Below the pieces are notes generated by a model, which saw only the letters and a list, made by a program, of their open reading frames with translations, did not search any database and was not told the origin of the DNA. Shown here piece after piece: positions 1-9,712 of a stretch of 64,000 nt of DNA; position 1 is the first letter of the stretch, and the number at the start of each line of letters is the position of its first letter. The position numbers and the translations under genes were made by a program. Origin of the DNA: a virus; IMG/VR virus record IMGVR_UViG_3300037140_000126, positions 1 to 64,000 of that record; one strand, given 5' to 3'.

Positions 1-305
1 TCAAAGGAACTTCTTCTAATCGTGGACCATACCGAACCATTACTTGTACAAAATACAACTGTCGAACCACCACCCACCGTGCAGTCTAATAGAGACGTTC
101 CATCTGTTATCGTCGCAATTCCCCCCTTAACGGTGCTGGCGCTCGGCAGTCCGGACACAGTTGTTGGACTCAGGACAACTGGTTTAGTAAATGATTTAGT
201 TGCTGTGATCGTCTGATTATCCTCAACCGTAACTGTCGTGTGCGTCTGCGCAAACACACTCACCGCTGAAAGAGTCAATATAAAAAGCAAAATTAGTTTC
301 TTCAT
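1..305 (-). CDS. secreted fibre-like protein, truncated at window edge (not in ORF track)
   Basis: Hand translation from ATG 305: MKKLILLFILTLSAVSVFAQTHTTVTVEDNQTITATKSF...TTVSGLPSAS...DCTVGGGSTVVFCTSNGSVW, open to base 1. Shares segments with 3133..3738 and 11944..12534. Confidence 0.8.
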   Translation of the reverse strand, partial: MKKLILLFILTLSAVSVFAQTHTTVTVEDNQTITATKSFTKPVVLSPTTVSGLPSASTVKGGIATITDGTSLLDCTVGGGSTVVFCTSNGSVWSTIRRSSF

Positions 306-312
306 AAACCCC

Positions 313-672
313 CTACACTATAAATTCAGACCGCTGTCTGCGTCTTATCGTGCCCACCATGATGTTCGTGCTACCAGATACAGGCGGAGAAAACGGTATT
401 TGTTGCAGGACACCGCTCGTAAGAACTACCAACTGAAACGAAAATCCCCCCGGACTTTCCAATATGATCGAAGTGGAATAATTTCCGTTCGTGACTGGAT
501 TTTGTTGCAAGATTCCGCCTGTGCTAATCGTAACCGCCCAGGAGTTGCCGCCCGCATCATTCAAAGTCAGCGTAGTCGGCTGGCCACCGCTCGGCGTCTG
601 CGTAAGAATCCCTTGGTCGGTTACGCCAACAAGCCAGATTCCTGAACTACTGTCTGCAAGAAAAATATTCAT
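313..672 (-). CDS. small protein of three ~32-aa beta-rich repeats, probable virion/adaptor protein
   Basis: IFLADSSSGIWLVGVTDQGILT module, also present inside the hub protein and at the tailspike N-terminus. Confidence 0.7.
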   Translation of the reverse strand: MNIFLADSSSGIWLVGVTDQGILTQTPSGGQPTTLTLNDAGGNSWAVTISTGGILQQNPVTNGNYSTSIILESPGGFSFQLVVLTSGVLQQIPFSPPVSGSTNIMVGTIRRRQRSEFIV

Positions 673-703
673 AGATTACGGCACCATCTGCTGCGCTTAG
701 GCG

Positions 704-3136
704 TCATGGTAGTCCGAACCACACTGCGTTGTTGCCTGGAGTTAGATACGCTCCGATGTTCCATTTGCCACTCTGAGCACCTGTCAGCACTCTATTCGGC
801 CACACTGATACAGGAAGCAAAGCGTTCTGATATGTCGAGCCTAGATTGACTCCTGAATTGATGGCCGGAGAACCGGATTGCAGAGTAAGAACATCACTTG
901 CTGGGGTCGTAAACTTTGGATCACCGTCAATCCCATGTACTTCTTGCGCCGCCACGGCTGCGTGGAATGCTACACGGCTCCCGTAAAACGAGTTGTACCA
1001 ATCTACGCAGGGGGACGCCCCGTTGCAGAAATAATCATTGTAATCAAACACGTTCGAGGTTGGATCACTGTGGGCTGTGTTATCGGCCCAAACAAGATCG
1101 CCGCTGCTGGTCACGTTGGCAAAGATGTTATTCTTGACCAATGTGCTGACTGTCGTTCCGCCATCACTCGCCCAGCCCAGTTGAAGAGCAATGCCACCAG
1201 TCGGATTGTAGAGAGTATTCCCATAAACGACATTAGAAGCTGACGACTCGCTCACGTTAGCCCGAATCCAAATAACCTTGTTAATTGACGTAGCCTGTCG
1301 TCCGTTCACGACGTTGTACTCAATCACATTGTTAGATGCCGACTCCATAATGATTCCGTATTGTGGTGTTGCACTTGCGCCGGTTGAAAACTTATTGTAC
1401 CGAATCGTGTCATGCGCACAGGAGTCGTTTGTTCCATTACCCGACTCATCGCACCACACCCCAAATTTGTTTGCCGTTGCTGTGCTTACGTTGTAGGCAA
1501 TATCCAGATACCAGCTATCCTCGCTCATTAGTGCTGCTCCAGAGGAAACTGAAGAGGTCCCGCTAATCGTGTTGTAGCGAAGGTAAGACCCTGTGTTCGC
1601 GTGGGTGCTCGCGTGACTGAATTTTATTCCTCCCGTGTAATTGTTGCTCGCAAGATCGCTGAGCGTGATGGTGTTAGAAAAAATGTGAACTGAATCTCCC
1701 CAAAGAACTTGGATTCCGCGCCAATCATTCCCGGTGTCCCCGCCAACATCGGAAATAGTGTTGCTGTCAGCGTCGAAGCCATCGAAATGCGTTGCAGCGG
1801 ACCCGATAGCGCCAATTCCGTAATGCCAAGTTCCGTTCAGGGTATTCCCGGTGATTGTCCAATTCACAGAGGTTCCCGAGCTGCGCGTTGGAAAGATCAA
1901 AGCGATGTTTGTGTAACTGCACTGCAATCCGCTGATCGTGATGTTTGTTTTGTCTACAGAGGTGATCGCATAGTTCCTCTGAGCGACTTCGAAGGTATGA
2001 CTCCCAGTTGTGGGGTTGCTACTTCCAGCATAGGTATAGAATCTGGAGTTGACGGAATCCCACCACCACTCTGTCACCGAGGCATCAGAATTAAGAGTAG
2101 TCTTGCTGGTCGCAACCGTCATGCGCGAGCCGTCTCGCCAGCCGATGTACGGAGTCGCGGATTCAGATGTGTACCAGAGATTTGTTCCGCTTACCGTGCT
2201 TAAAGATATGTCGTCCAGATAGTATGAACCTGCCCAAGAGTCCATTTTTATTTCGTCTACCGTCATCGAATTTGTGGCTAGTCCTGTAATTGTTTGCTCG
2301 GTGGTTCCATCAACCTTTAGAACACACCCACCCGCCGCCGGGTCGGTCACCATCACTAAATCAACTTCATGCCAAACATCGAGAACGGCGGCGACGTTAT
2401 ACGCGGAGGTAGATGTCCCGACAACCGAATTGTTATAGCAGGTAGCTGTGACTTGCAGATTGCTGCTGGCGTAGGTAAAGTGCAGTTGAGCAACCGTATT
2501 CAATGCTGCATTATACAGCCATAGCTGCGAATCTGGATTGGTTGTCGAATGGTTCGCCACCCACAACGTCCATGTAGCGTTACTGAGACTTCCGATAGAT
2601 GTCTTCGTTAGAGCAGAATCCTTATTTGACGCCGCCTCCAATACGGAGTACGTCCCCGAATGTGTAAGGGCAGTTGAAACTGTCCATCCAGCAGGAGCGC
2701 CGTTGTTGGTTGCCACCCATTTGGACAAGTCTCCGGTTTCAAATCCATCCGAAAATATGACACTACTACTAAAGTCCTGCGTCCATGCTCCTGTCGTATT
2801 AGCAGACGCCGATCCAAGAATTTTAGGTAGTGCCCCGCTACCGTAAGCTCCGTAGGTTATGACGTTCCCCACGGTGCCAGTCACCCCTACCGTTTCCATA
2901 TCACGCCACGTATCTCCACGATTCAGCAAGATTGAGTCACCAGCATTTATCGTTGTAGACGTGCAGACTGATGAGCAACCTGCCATTCCAGGTGCAAATG
3001 CCCATGACGCCCCTGTTGAAGTTCCAGCGGCAGCGTTGCTCCCAGCATTTGAGACGTAGTATGTCGTAGCCGAAGCCGGAAGCGCGAAGACCAAGAGCGA
3101 GAAAATAATTATAAATTGTCTCATCGTTGTTCTCAT
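704..3136 (-). CDS. secreted right-handed beta-helix (pectin lyase-like) protein with lectin-like insert, C-terminus NNAVWFGLP
   Basis: Signal peptide (MRQFIIIFSLLVFALPASA), TTYYVSNAGSN start, many ITGNT/IYNN-type rungs, FSDGFETGDLSKW insert, GDPKF...LQSGSPAINSG near the end. Start placed at the ATGA overlap at 3136. Confidence 0.75.
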   Translation of the reverse strand: MRTTMRQFIIIFSLLVFALPASATTYYVSNAGSNAAAGTSTGASWAFAPGMAGCSSVCTSTTINAGDSILLNRGDTWRDMETVGVTGTVGNVITYGAYGSGALPKILGSASANTTGAWTQDFSSSVIFSDGFETGDLSKWVATNNGAPAGWTVSTALTHSGTYSVLEAASNKDSALTKTSIGSLSNATWTLWVANHSTTNPDSQLWLYNAALNTVAQLHFTYASSNLQVTATCYNNSVVGTSTSAYNVAAVLDVWHEVDLVMVTDPAAGGCVLKVDGTTEQTITGLATNSMTVDEIKMDSWAGSYYLDDISLSTVSGTNLWYTSESATPYIGWRDGSRMTVATSKTTLNSDASVTEWWWDSVNSRFYTYAGSSNPTTGSHTFEVAQRNYAITSVDKTNITISGLQCSYTNIALIFPTRSSGTSVNWTITGNTLNGTWHYGIGAIGSAATHFDGFDADSNTISDVGGDTGNDWRGIQVLWGDSVHIFSNTITLSDLASNNYTGGIKFSHASTHANTGSYLRYNTISGTSSVSSGAALMSEDSWYLDIAYNVSTATANKFGVWCDESGNGTNDSCAHDTIRYNKFSTGASATPQYGIIMESASNNVIEYNVVNGRQATSINKVIWIRANVSESSASNVVYGNTLYNPTGGIALQLGWASDGGTTVSTLVKNNIFANVTSSGDLVWADNTAHSDPTSNVFDYNDYFCNGASPCVDWYNSFYGSRVAFHAAVAAQEVHGIDGDPKFTTPASDVLTLQSGSPAINSGVNLGSTYQNALLPVSVWPNRVLTGAQSGKWNIGAYLTPGNNAVWFGLP

Positions 3137-3738
3137 TGGAAATCCTGACTCGGCACGCATTTCGCGGCGGTGCCGTTAAGATAGCAGGAAATTATATCGT
3201 TGGTCGCCAGCGCACCAGTTACACCCGTACCTACCGTAATAGTTGGTGTGCTGCCACCGGGCCACTCCACGACTCCCCCACCAGATGTGCTAATCATGCC
3301 GTCATAGGTTGAGCTAGTGGACTGGTATATAGTGAGTTGAAGTTTGAACGTACCAGTGCTCGGCTGCGTGAAGGTCAGAGCGCATGTATCACCCGCCGTG
3401 AGCGTAACATTTTGAATGTTCCCGTTCGCGGGTGCAATAGTCGCCGCCGTCGTGCAGGTGCCGTTTGAGTATTCGGCGTTTGTAGCTAACTGCGAAGTAT
3501 TAATCAGTCCAAAACTCTTCGTTCCAGTGATCGTCTGAACATCCTCTAGGGTGACATCCGTGTGCTGCGACTGTGGAGGATCGGGAGCAGCAACATCATC
3601 AACGATTAAGTCAGGCACTAGACCATGAGGCATATCCAAGCTGAAACTCATCTTTGCCACACACATCGGTGCTTGCGCTAGAAGAACAAGAAAGACGATC
3701 AAGAACATTCTGAATTTCGGAGTTATGATATGTCGCAT
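3133..3738 (-). CDS. signal-peptide protein with phage tail-fibre-type C-terminal beta domain (adaptor 1)
   Basis: NGNIQNVTLTAGDT...WPGGSTPTIT...DIISCYLNGT resembles a common phage fibre domain. Paralog of 11944..12534. Start at the TAATG overlap. Confidence 0.7.
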   Translation of the reverse strand: MRHIITPKFRMFLIVFLVLLAQAPMCVAKMSFSLDMPHGLVPDLIVDDVAAPDPPQSQHTDVTLEDVQTITGTKSFGLINTSQLATNAEYSNGTCTTAATIAPANGNIQNVTLTAGDTCALTFTQPSTGTFKLQLTIYQSTSSTYDGMISTSGGGVVEWPGGSTPTITVGTGVTGALATNDIISCYLNGTAAKCVPSQDFQ

Positions 3739-5072
3739 TATTTCCCCTGTCGGATGCACTGTATTGCTTGAATCACTTGCTCCAACGCGTCATCAAGCCC
3801 AATACCACTGTTCCTAAATAATCGGAGCGATGGATAAAACGGAGAATCACAACGGTTCAGTAAAAATTTCCAATCGGAGAGGCCAGGAATCATCACCCAA
3901 CATTTCTTACCTAGTGCACCTGCTAAATGAGCAACTCCGGTATCTACGGTAACGACGAGATCAAGATGTTCAATGATGCTTGCCGTGTCCTTCCAATTAC
4001 GAATGATTGGTGCCCATATGTTTTCAGTGGGTGCGTCCATCCCAAATTGTAAATTTACCCAACGAACACAATCAACAGCCAACAATCGGGTGGCTTGACT
4101 GAGATCAAGCGAGCGGTGTCTGCGTGGGTCAAGTCTCTCAGCACCCATCCAGCAAATTCCAACTGCTGGCTTTGATTTGTTAAACCACGCACTAGAATGA
4201 TGCATTTTAATATAGGGACCCAGTTTACTATCCTGTTCCGTATTCTCTACCGTTGCACCACACCGTTTTGCAAGCCCCATAATAGGAGCGAAATAGTCAT
4301 ACTGCTTTACACCATCTTTCTGAATATTTAGATCAACTTCTGGAAGCTCATCAGTGTCCGCTCCTTCATGGGTTGGTAGAATTTCATCAATCCACGGGTG
4401 CCTGTGCAGCAGTGGCACCATCACATCAGGGCACGCATACGTAATATGTGCACCCATCGCTTTCAAATTGCGAAACCAGCGCATGAACATCAGGTTGTCG
4501 CCAAAGCCGCCACCCTGCAAAACCAAGATGCGTTTACCTTGTAGTGGCTCACCCTGCCACTGTGGAATATATTGTGCGAGCCCTTCTTCCCAGAGCTTGC
4601 CCCAACAGTATTTTTCAAACAGTGGCCACGCTTCCTGCCAATCGCCTTGCCGCAGCCGCCCTTGGGCGTACAACAATCCAACAAATTGGTTCGTAGGATC
4701 GAGTTGATTCCCTTCGCTGGAAAGTTTCAATGCTTCGTCAAATCGTCCGAAGGTTTCAAGGATAACAGCAAGATTCAACAGTGTGTAGGCAGATCGGTTT
4801 AGCTCGACAGCTTTGCGGGCGCAGCATAAACCGCCCTCAGTATCTCCGGCAATATGCAGCGCAGTACCCAAGTGCATCCAAGAAAGCCAGTCAGCAGGTG
4901 TCTTACCTTTAGCACGGTCCACAAGCTCAAAGGCGTCAGCCCTCGTCATGATATAGCCAACACCAACATCAGGCACCAGTTTTGGATCATCATTCCAAGG
5001 CATCGCCCCAGAAGTAATATGAATTGGGCGTCCGTCGTTTAGTTCCAATGCATTTCCCATTAAGTCACCCAT
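3738..5072 (-). CDS. TPR-repeat + family 9 (heptosyltransferase-like) glycosyltransferase
   Basis: TPR-like helices, then ILVLQGGGFGDNLMF, VGICWMG, WVNLQFG, IIEHLDLVVTVDTGVAHLAGALGK, W...SPFYPSLRLFR. Start placed at MGDLMG. Confidence 0.85.
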   Translation of the reverse strand: MGDLMGNALELNDGRPIHITSGAMPWNDDPKLVPDVGVGYIMTRADAFELVDRAKGKTPADWLSWMHLGTALHIAGDTEGGLCCARKAVELNRSAYTLLNLAVILETFGRFDEALKLSSEGNQLDPTNQFVGLLYAQGRLRQGDWQEAWPLFEKYCWGKLWEEGLAQYIPQWQGEPLQGKRILVLQGGGFGDNLMFMRWFRNLKAMGAHITYACPDVMVPLLHRHPWIDEILPTHEGADTDELPEVDLNIQKDGVKQYDYFAPIMGLAKRCGATVENTEQDSKLGPYIKMHHSSAWFNKSKPAVGICWMGAERLDPRRHRSLDLSQATRLLAVDCVRWVNLQFGMDAPTENIWAPIIRNWKDTASIIEHLDLVVTVDTGVAHLAGALGKKCWVMIPGLSDWKFLLNRCDSPFYPSLRLFRNSGIGLDDALEQVIQAIQCIRQGK

Positions 5073-5259
5073 CCCCGCCGAAAGCACTACGCATGTCGGC
5101 AGCCTTGCGTAGCTGAGTACGTTTTTCTGCCATCGCCCACTCAAATATTTTGCAGTTGCGTTCAGCCTCTTGACCGAAAAACCTAGCAATTTCCAAGCCG
5201 CCTTCTTTTGCGACCCAATAATCGTTTCCTGATTCCTCGGGACAGAATGTAATCATCAT
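5065..5259 (-). CDS. hypothetical protein (64 aa)
   Basis: Fills the gap between the two GT genes and overlaps both neighbours. Confidence 0.55.
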   Translation of the reverse strand: MMITFCPEESGNDYWVAKEGGLEIARFFGQEAERNCKIFEWAMAEKRTQLRKAADMRSAFGGDG

Positions 5260-5948
5260 GACAGCACCTCACCCTTCAATGGATCGCCAACACGCAACGC
5301 ATCAATCTTCGGCATGTCTTGCACCCAGGATTTACCAGAATGATGTATCACATGACTCTTAAAACTCAGCAGTGTGGCATATCCAGCGTTGTTCAACTCG
5401 TATGACGCATACGTGTCCGAACGTACATGAATCGTATCGTTTCTTGTTTCGTCCAGATACAGTCCAGGTGTTCCACGCCGTAACGCCATCATCGAGAAAG
5501 CCTGCATCAAACAGAGCCACGCATGGCCAGTAACACCGTGCTTCCCGGATTCACACCAGCGCTGCGGCGCTTCTTCTGACCACACAGACCCAACGAGTGA
5601 CACCTTCAAGCCTTTCTTTTTCGCTTCAGCCCACACGCTATACAATTCTTCAAGCCATCCGGGATTGACCTCGCAATCCGAATTCAGCAAGACAGCTTCA
5701 TGTGTCCGCACTAAGCGCAATCCCAAGTTTGCGGCTCGCGTCCACCACCGCTGTTTTTCAGAACGGATATATAAGCTCGACGGGAAGGCCTGTAAAATAG
5801 CAAGCATGTAAGCAGTTGTCGCAGGTTCACTCGCGTCATCGACAAAGATAATTCGATTCAGGTCAGGCGTGTGCGCCAGAACACTAGCTACACACTTATG
5901 CAAGTAAGAAAGTGCATCGTGCACGGGGATGACTATATCGACGGGCAT
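5256..5948 (-). CDS. glycosyltransferase family 2
   Basis: DIVIPVHD, IIFVDDAS, AANLGLR, VLLNSDCEV (DxD-like), VIHHSGKS. Confidence 0.88.
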   Translation of the reverse strand: MPVDIVIPVHDALSYLHKCVASVLAHTPDLNRIIFVDDASEPATTAYMLAILQAFPSSLYIRSEKQRWWTRAANLGLRLVRTHEAVLLNSDCEVNPGWLEELYSVWAEAKKKGLKVSLVGSVWSEEAPQRWCESGKHGVTGHAWLCLMQAFSMMALRRGTPGLYLDETRNDTIHVRSDTYASYELNNAGYATLLSFKSHVIHHSGKSWVQDMPKIDALRVGDPLKGEVLS

Positions 5949-5955
5949 TACTCCC

Positions 5956-6900
5956 CTATTTCATTCCCGTACAGCTTGCCGTTGTCGTCCCGCTCGTTAC
6001 CGATATCGAATATGGCCCTGTTGGCAGGTTAACAACGCCTGTACTAGCCGAAGGGCAGGAAATTGTCATAGACGGCGGTGGAACAGTTCCAGCAACAAAC
6101 ACGACATCCCGGAAATAATTGGAACTAAGGTAATTGCCTGTCGGGAACTTCCCGGGCCCGCCATATGTTCCATTATTGCCAACCACAGACTTTAGATTGC
6201 CACTTACGATCTGAGATGAGAATCCCGTATTCGAGTCAACATAATAGGTCGCCCCTGTATTGACACTCACCGTATAAGTTGTAGAGGCCAAAATGGGAAG
6301 TGCTGTTGCGAGTGCCTGTTGTTGCCAGCCCGAAGCGGTTTCCCCGGTGAAGTTCACTGTTGCCAGCGACACTCCACTGCTAGACCAGATGTGTCCGGCG
6401 TGCGTCCCTGTTTCATTAGACGCCTTCCAGAATCGAATCGCGGTAATTTGACCAGCCGTGTTGCTCTGGAACTTAGTCCCTAGCTCATAGTTCACGTTCG
6501 TTCCGTCGCTGTTATTGTTCGCTACTGGAGTTTGCGTCGTTAACAAAGTTTGGTTAGCCTGTGGAGTAACTCCACCGGGAATCGTTACAGGTGCAGCCGT
6601 CACCGCAGCACTAAAAATTCCCTGAGAATCTGTATTTAAAATAGAGTAGGTAATTGTTTGCCCAGCCGTAACTGCGCTGTCCACATAACTAAGGGTAGTA
6701 GGCGGGACGGTCGCTATAACGGTGTTATTTCTACTGATTTGGGTCGATGCAACCGTTTCCCCAGCCGATTGCGATGGTTGTGTCCATCCGATAGTTACCG
6801 AATGCTGTGCCGAGGAATTAAACCCAAAAGCAAGGATACATCCCAATCCGACAAGTATGCGCAACGTGATACTGTGATAATCCAACATTTTTTGCATCAT
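5956..6900 (-). CDS. secreted FN3-like + DUF4082 domain protein
   Basis: Signal peptide, fibronectin-like W...Y...L.Y.D pattern, then YELGTKFQS...GQITAIRFWK...GWQQQAL...NYFRDVVF typical of DUF4082. Confidence 0.8.
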   Translation of the reverse strand: MMQKMLDYHSITLRILVGLGCILAFGFNSSAQHSVTIGWTQPSQSAGETVASTQISRNNTVIATVPPTTLSYVDSAVTAGQTITYSILNTDSQGIFSAAVTAAPVTIPGGVTPQANQTLLTTQTPVANNNSDGTNVNYELGTKFQSNTAGQITAIRFWKASNETGTHAGHIWSSSGVSLATVNFTGETASGWQQQALATALPILASTTYTVSVNTGATYYVDSNTGFSSQIVSGNLKSVVGNNGTYGGPGKFPTGNYLSSNYFRDVVFVAGTVPPPSMTISCPSASTGVVNLPTGPYSISVTSGTTTASCTGMK

Positions 6901-7958
6901 ATTTTCCTCGCAATCACTAGAGAAGAATATCTTGGACATCCTGGTGTTGATTCATTGTCCAGCTTCGTCATCAGAGTTTCACAACCCAGCTTACACAGCA
7001 TCCCAGTTAGTTCTTCGATTCGGAAACCAGGATGCTTGTGATCGGTATTCCCGCCGTGGTAAAAATCAGGGTGTGGCACGTAGAGACCGATAGTGCCTCC
7101 GGGCCTCAGCACACGCACCCATTCGGTGAGCACTGCATTTGTGTCTTCGAAGTCTTCCAAGGTATGACTCGACCAGAGCCAGTCAAACTTTTCGTTTTCA
7201 AACGGGAGCTTGTCCGCTTCGCCACGATGGGTCACCTCCGGATAATCTGATCTATCAAACGCTACACAGTACCTAGTCAGTGGATCACGCGAGCAGCCTA
7301 CGTCAATTCCATTCAAACTGGCCTTGAAATAGGGCATCACCATTGCACGGACTTTACTCGTTTCAAGTGCATTGGACTGCTTCTCTGCTACAGCTACACC
7401 AGTTTTCTTGTCGAGCCGCACGTAGGACGCCGCTATATCCGTGGCGGTCTTAAAGAAAGATTCATACAGCGCCATCATTTTCTGATCTTCACCGACATCA
7501 TCAAATACAAGATAACCACCAGGAGCAACCAAAGGCCAACAATTTTCCAGGTCAGAATTTGCGGAAGTAGGGGACTCAAAGTTGTGGTCACCGTCTACCA
7601 AGACAAGATCGAATGGCTCACGCTTGTCCAAGCTCGGAATTGTCTTCGCGGAGTCTCCGTCAAGATACATGACCTCGCCGTTCAGATAACCCATAGCCTT
7701 CAGCATTCGTTCAACATGCTTGTGAGAGCGATCAAATTGCGTGCCATTGTTGTTTGCACCAAAGTAGCTTTCGTGCCAAATGTCTGAGATTACAATGCGG
7801 TTCAGGTTTTTCTTACAGCCAGCGAGCACGCGCAGAAGACTGTCACAGTAGCGCGTGCCCACTTCAAGATAACTGGATGGCTGTTTTTCGAGGGCGATCT
7901 GGAGCAATGCGTCCCAAGCGGCGTATTCAAAGCCAACATCTTTTAGGATTAACCCCAT
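6897..7958 (-). CDS. tandem SAM-dependent methyltransferase (Methyltransf_24-like + Methyltransf_11-like)
   Basis: YLEVGT...FDLVLVDGDH...GGYLVFDD, followed by GIDVGCS...FDWLWSSHTLED...RVLRPGG. Confidence 0.85.
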   Translation of the reverse strand: MGLILKDVGFEYAAWDALLQIALEKQPSSYLEVGTRYCDSLLRVLAGCKKNLNRIVISDIWHESYFGANNNGTQFDRSHKHVERMLKAMGYLNGEVMYLDGDSAKTIPSLDKREPFDLVLVDGDHNFESPTSANSDLENCWPLVAPGGYLVFDDVGEDQKMMALYESFFKTATDIAASYVRLDKKTGVAVAEKQSNALETSKVRAMVMPYFKASLNGIDVGCSRDPLTRYCVAFDRSDYPEVTHRGEADKLPFENEKFDWLWSSHTLEDFEDTNAVLTEWVRVLRPGGTIGLYVPHPDFYHGGNTDHKHPGFRIEELTGMLCKLGCETLMTKLDNESTPGCPRYSSLVIARKI

Positions 7959-7974
7959 AGCTCACCTATACCTT

Positions 7975-8595
7975 TTAGAAATGCTCAAACAGGCCGAGTT
8001 TCAATTCAATCTCTGGATGACCTGCGGCCTTCGCTGCGCTATTAAAGGCCTTTTTGAATTGCCTGACTGTACGATGTACGGGTGTAAACGGGACAGTTAG
8101 GACACCAACCTTAAATTGCCCGTTCAGTTTTGCTTGCATGCGGGACTGCACCGCTGCGGGAAGTTGTTTGATAAACCCAGCAATTGTTTCGAATATGATT
8201 TTTCCTAAGCTCAATACAACATTGATGATCGGATTCGTCACTTGCAATTGTGCGAATAGGCTTTGAAGGTTTCCAACAATCAAGTTGAACACCTCTTCAA
8301 GCTTTGCAAGCGTGCCTGCCGGTGGCGGATTCACTGATCCATAGGCTTTCGCGTCTGCGATTAAATCCGTAAACGCCGTGTCGATTACAGGAATCAGCAA
8401 AGAGATTGCCGGACTAACAAGCCCAACACCTTGTAAGAGGCTGATAATACCGTCAAACGCTGATTGCCCTACTGGAGCCCAATTCTCAATATTCTGTGCT
8501 AAATTGCAACCTTCTAGGGTAAGCGAAACACCACTCGCTAGTACAAGCAATCCTGTACCAGCGTGCTTTGTAAACATTCTTCGTGAAAGCACCAT
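7975..8595 (-). CDS. putative Tat-exported lipoprotein
   Basis: SRRMF twin-arginine motif, hydrophobic stretch and lipobox-like LEGC. GGAGG lies 7 nt before ATG 8595. Confidence 0.6.
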   Translation of the reverse strand: MVLSRRMFTKHAGTGLLVLASGVSLTLEGCNLAQNIENWAPVGQSAFDGIISLLQGVGLVSPAISLLIPVIDTAFTDLIADAKAYGSVNPPPAGTLAKLEEVFNLIVGNLQSLFAQLQVTNPIINVVLSLGKIIFETIAGFIKQLPAAVQSRMQAKLNGQFKVGVLTVPFTPVHRTVRQFKKAFNSAAKAAGHPEIELKLGLFEHF

Positions 8596-8706
8596 GAACA
8601 CACCTCCGTAGATTATGCTAAAGCTGTAACAAACTCAAATACACTTCCATGGGCATAGTGGACTGCTTCGGCAGACAAGCAGCCCACTACAGACAGCAGG
8701 TCAGAA

Positions 8707-9171
8707 TTATTCGGTATGCGAGATGGTCGCATCCACTGCGACTGCAACCGAACCTGTCTGTGTTGAATCAAGTACCATCTGGCCGTTTGGAGCAGTCGCG
8801 CCAGTGATGCCCTTTGCTTCCTCTTCAATCGTAGCGAACCAAAGACCTGTTCCCCTCGTGTTAAACGCAAGCTGCACCGAGGGCACAGCACTACGTGATC
8901 CAGCAGTTGGCAGCGTGTTAGCAACAGCATTCGCTGAAGGCTGATCGTTCTGTGCTGGCATCGGCACAATCGCACCGCCAGCGGTTAATAGAGTGGTTGT
9001 ACGGACCAAACGCAAACGAATCTGTACGTCAGTCGCGTTCGTGTTCGGCCCGGCCTGCAGACGCCTGATTTGGGCGCGAAGCCCAGCAATCGCAACGAGA
9101 CTCAGTAGAGCGACGTTGGTACCGGCTGACGAGGACGTGCTTTGTTCCGAAACTGTATCGAACCAATACAT
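8707..9171 (-). CDS. hypothetical beta-rich protein, possibly structural
   Basis: 154-aa ORF in the operon with Thr/Ala/Gly-rich beta-strand pattern. Confidence 0.6.
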   Translation of the reverse strand: MYWFDTVSEQSTSSSAGTNVALLSLVAIAGLRAQIRRLQAGPNTNATDVQIRLRLVRTTTLLTAGGAIVPMPAQNDQPSANAVANTLPTAGSRSAVPSVQLAFNTRGTGLWFATIEEEAKGITGATAPNGQMVLDSTQTGSVAVAVDATISHTE

Positions 9172-9177
9172 AAGGTT

Positions 9178-9471
9178 TCACTCCTTCGGTTTTGAAATAA
9201 GTTTCGCCTCGGGAATGATTCCGTAGGCGTCCAGCACACTCTGCGGAACCGGTGTCCCGCCCAGCATCATCATGTCAGCATCACACGCATCACAGGTAAC
9301 AACAATATGTTCAGGGGCAATAAACTTACTCGAATCCAAACTACAAAATCCGAGAGGTTTGCCGCACAAGAAACAATAAGTTTTCTCGGAGGCCAGCATA
9401 GGATGTGAGGTCTTCCCAAAATAGCCTTTCAATCGGCTATCGGCATCTTTGTAAAGCTTACCTTCACTCAC
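9178..9471 (-). CDS. hypothetical Zn-binding protein
   Basis: CFLC...CDAC pairs. Confidence 0.6.
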   Translation of the reverse strand: MSEGKLYKDADSRLKGYFGKTSHPMLASEKTYCFLCGKPLGFCSLDSSKFIAPEHIVVTCDACDADMMMLGGTPVPQSVLDAYGIIPEAKLISKPKE

Positions 9472-9662
9472 TCGCCACCGTCCTTGTAGCAGTTGATTCC
9501 ATTACCTAGCACATCAATTTCTACTTGATTGAACAAACTGCTGAGAATCCCTTTCAGCGTTGGGTCAGTTTCACGTTCTGCCAGCCTGCGAAAGCGCTCC
9601 TGCAAATTCTCCAAATCGTACAGTGCTACGCGAACGGAATCTTTCCTGTGTTTCATGGCCAT
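9468..9662 (-). CDS. hypothetical protein (64 aa)
   Basis: In-operon ORF overlapping the next gene. Confidence 0.5.
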   Translation of the reverse strand: MAMKHRKDSVRVALYDLENLQERFRRLAERETDPTLKGILSSLFNQVEIDVLGNGINCYKDGGE

Positions 9663-9712
9663 ATCAGTTCACTCCGAATACTTGCACTTCATCATCTACC
9701 ACACTGAGAGCA

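Noticed and set aside
8613-8975. 120-aa minus ORF as a frameshift extension of 8707..9171, and the hairpin at 8660-8685 as a terminator
   Set aside because: The ORF is in the +1 frame with no slippery site seen, and the hairpin has no U-tract.
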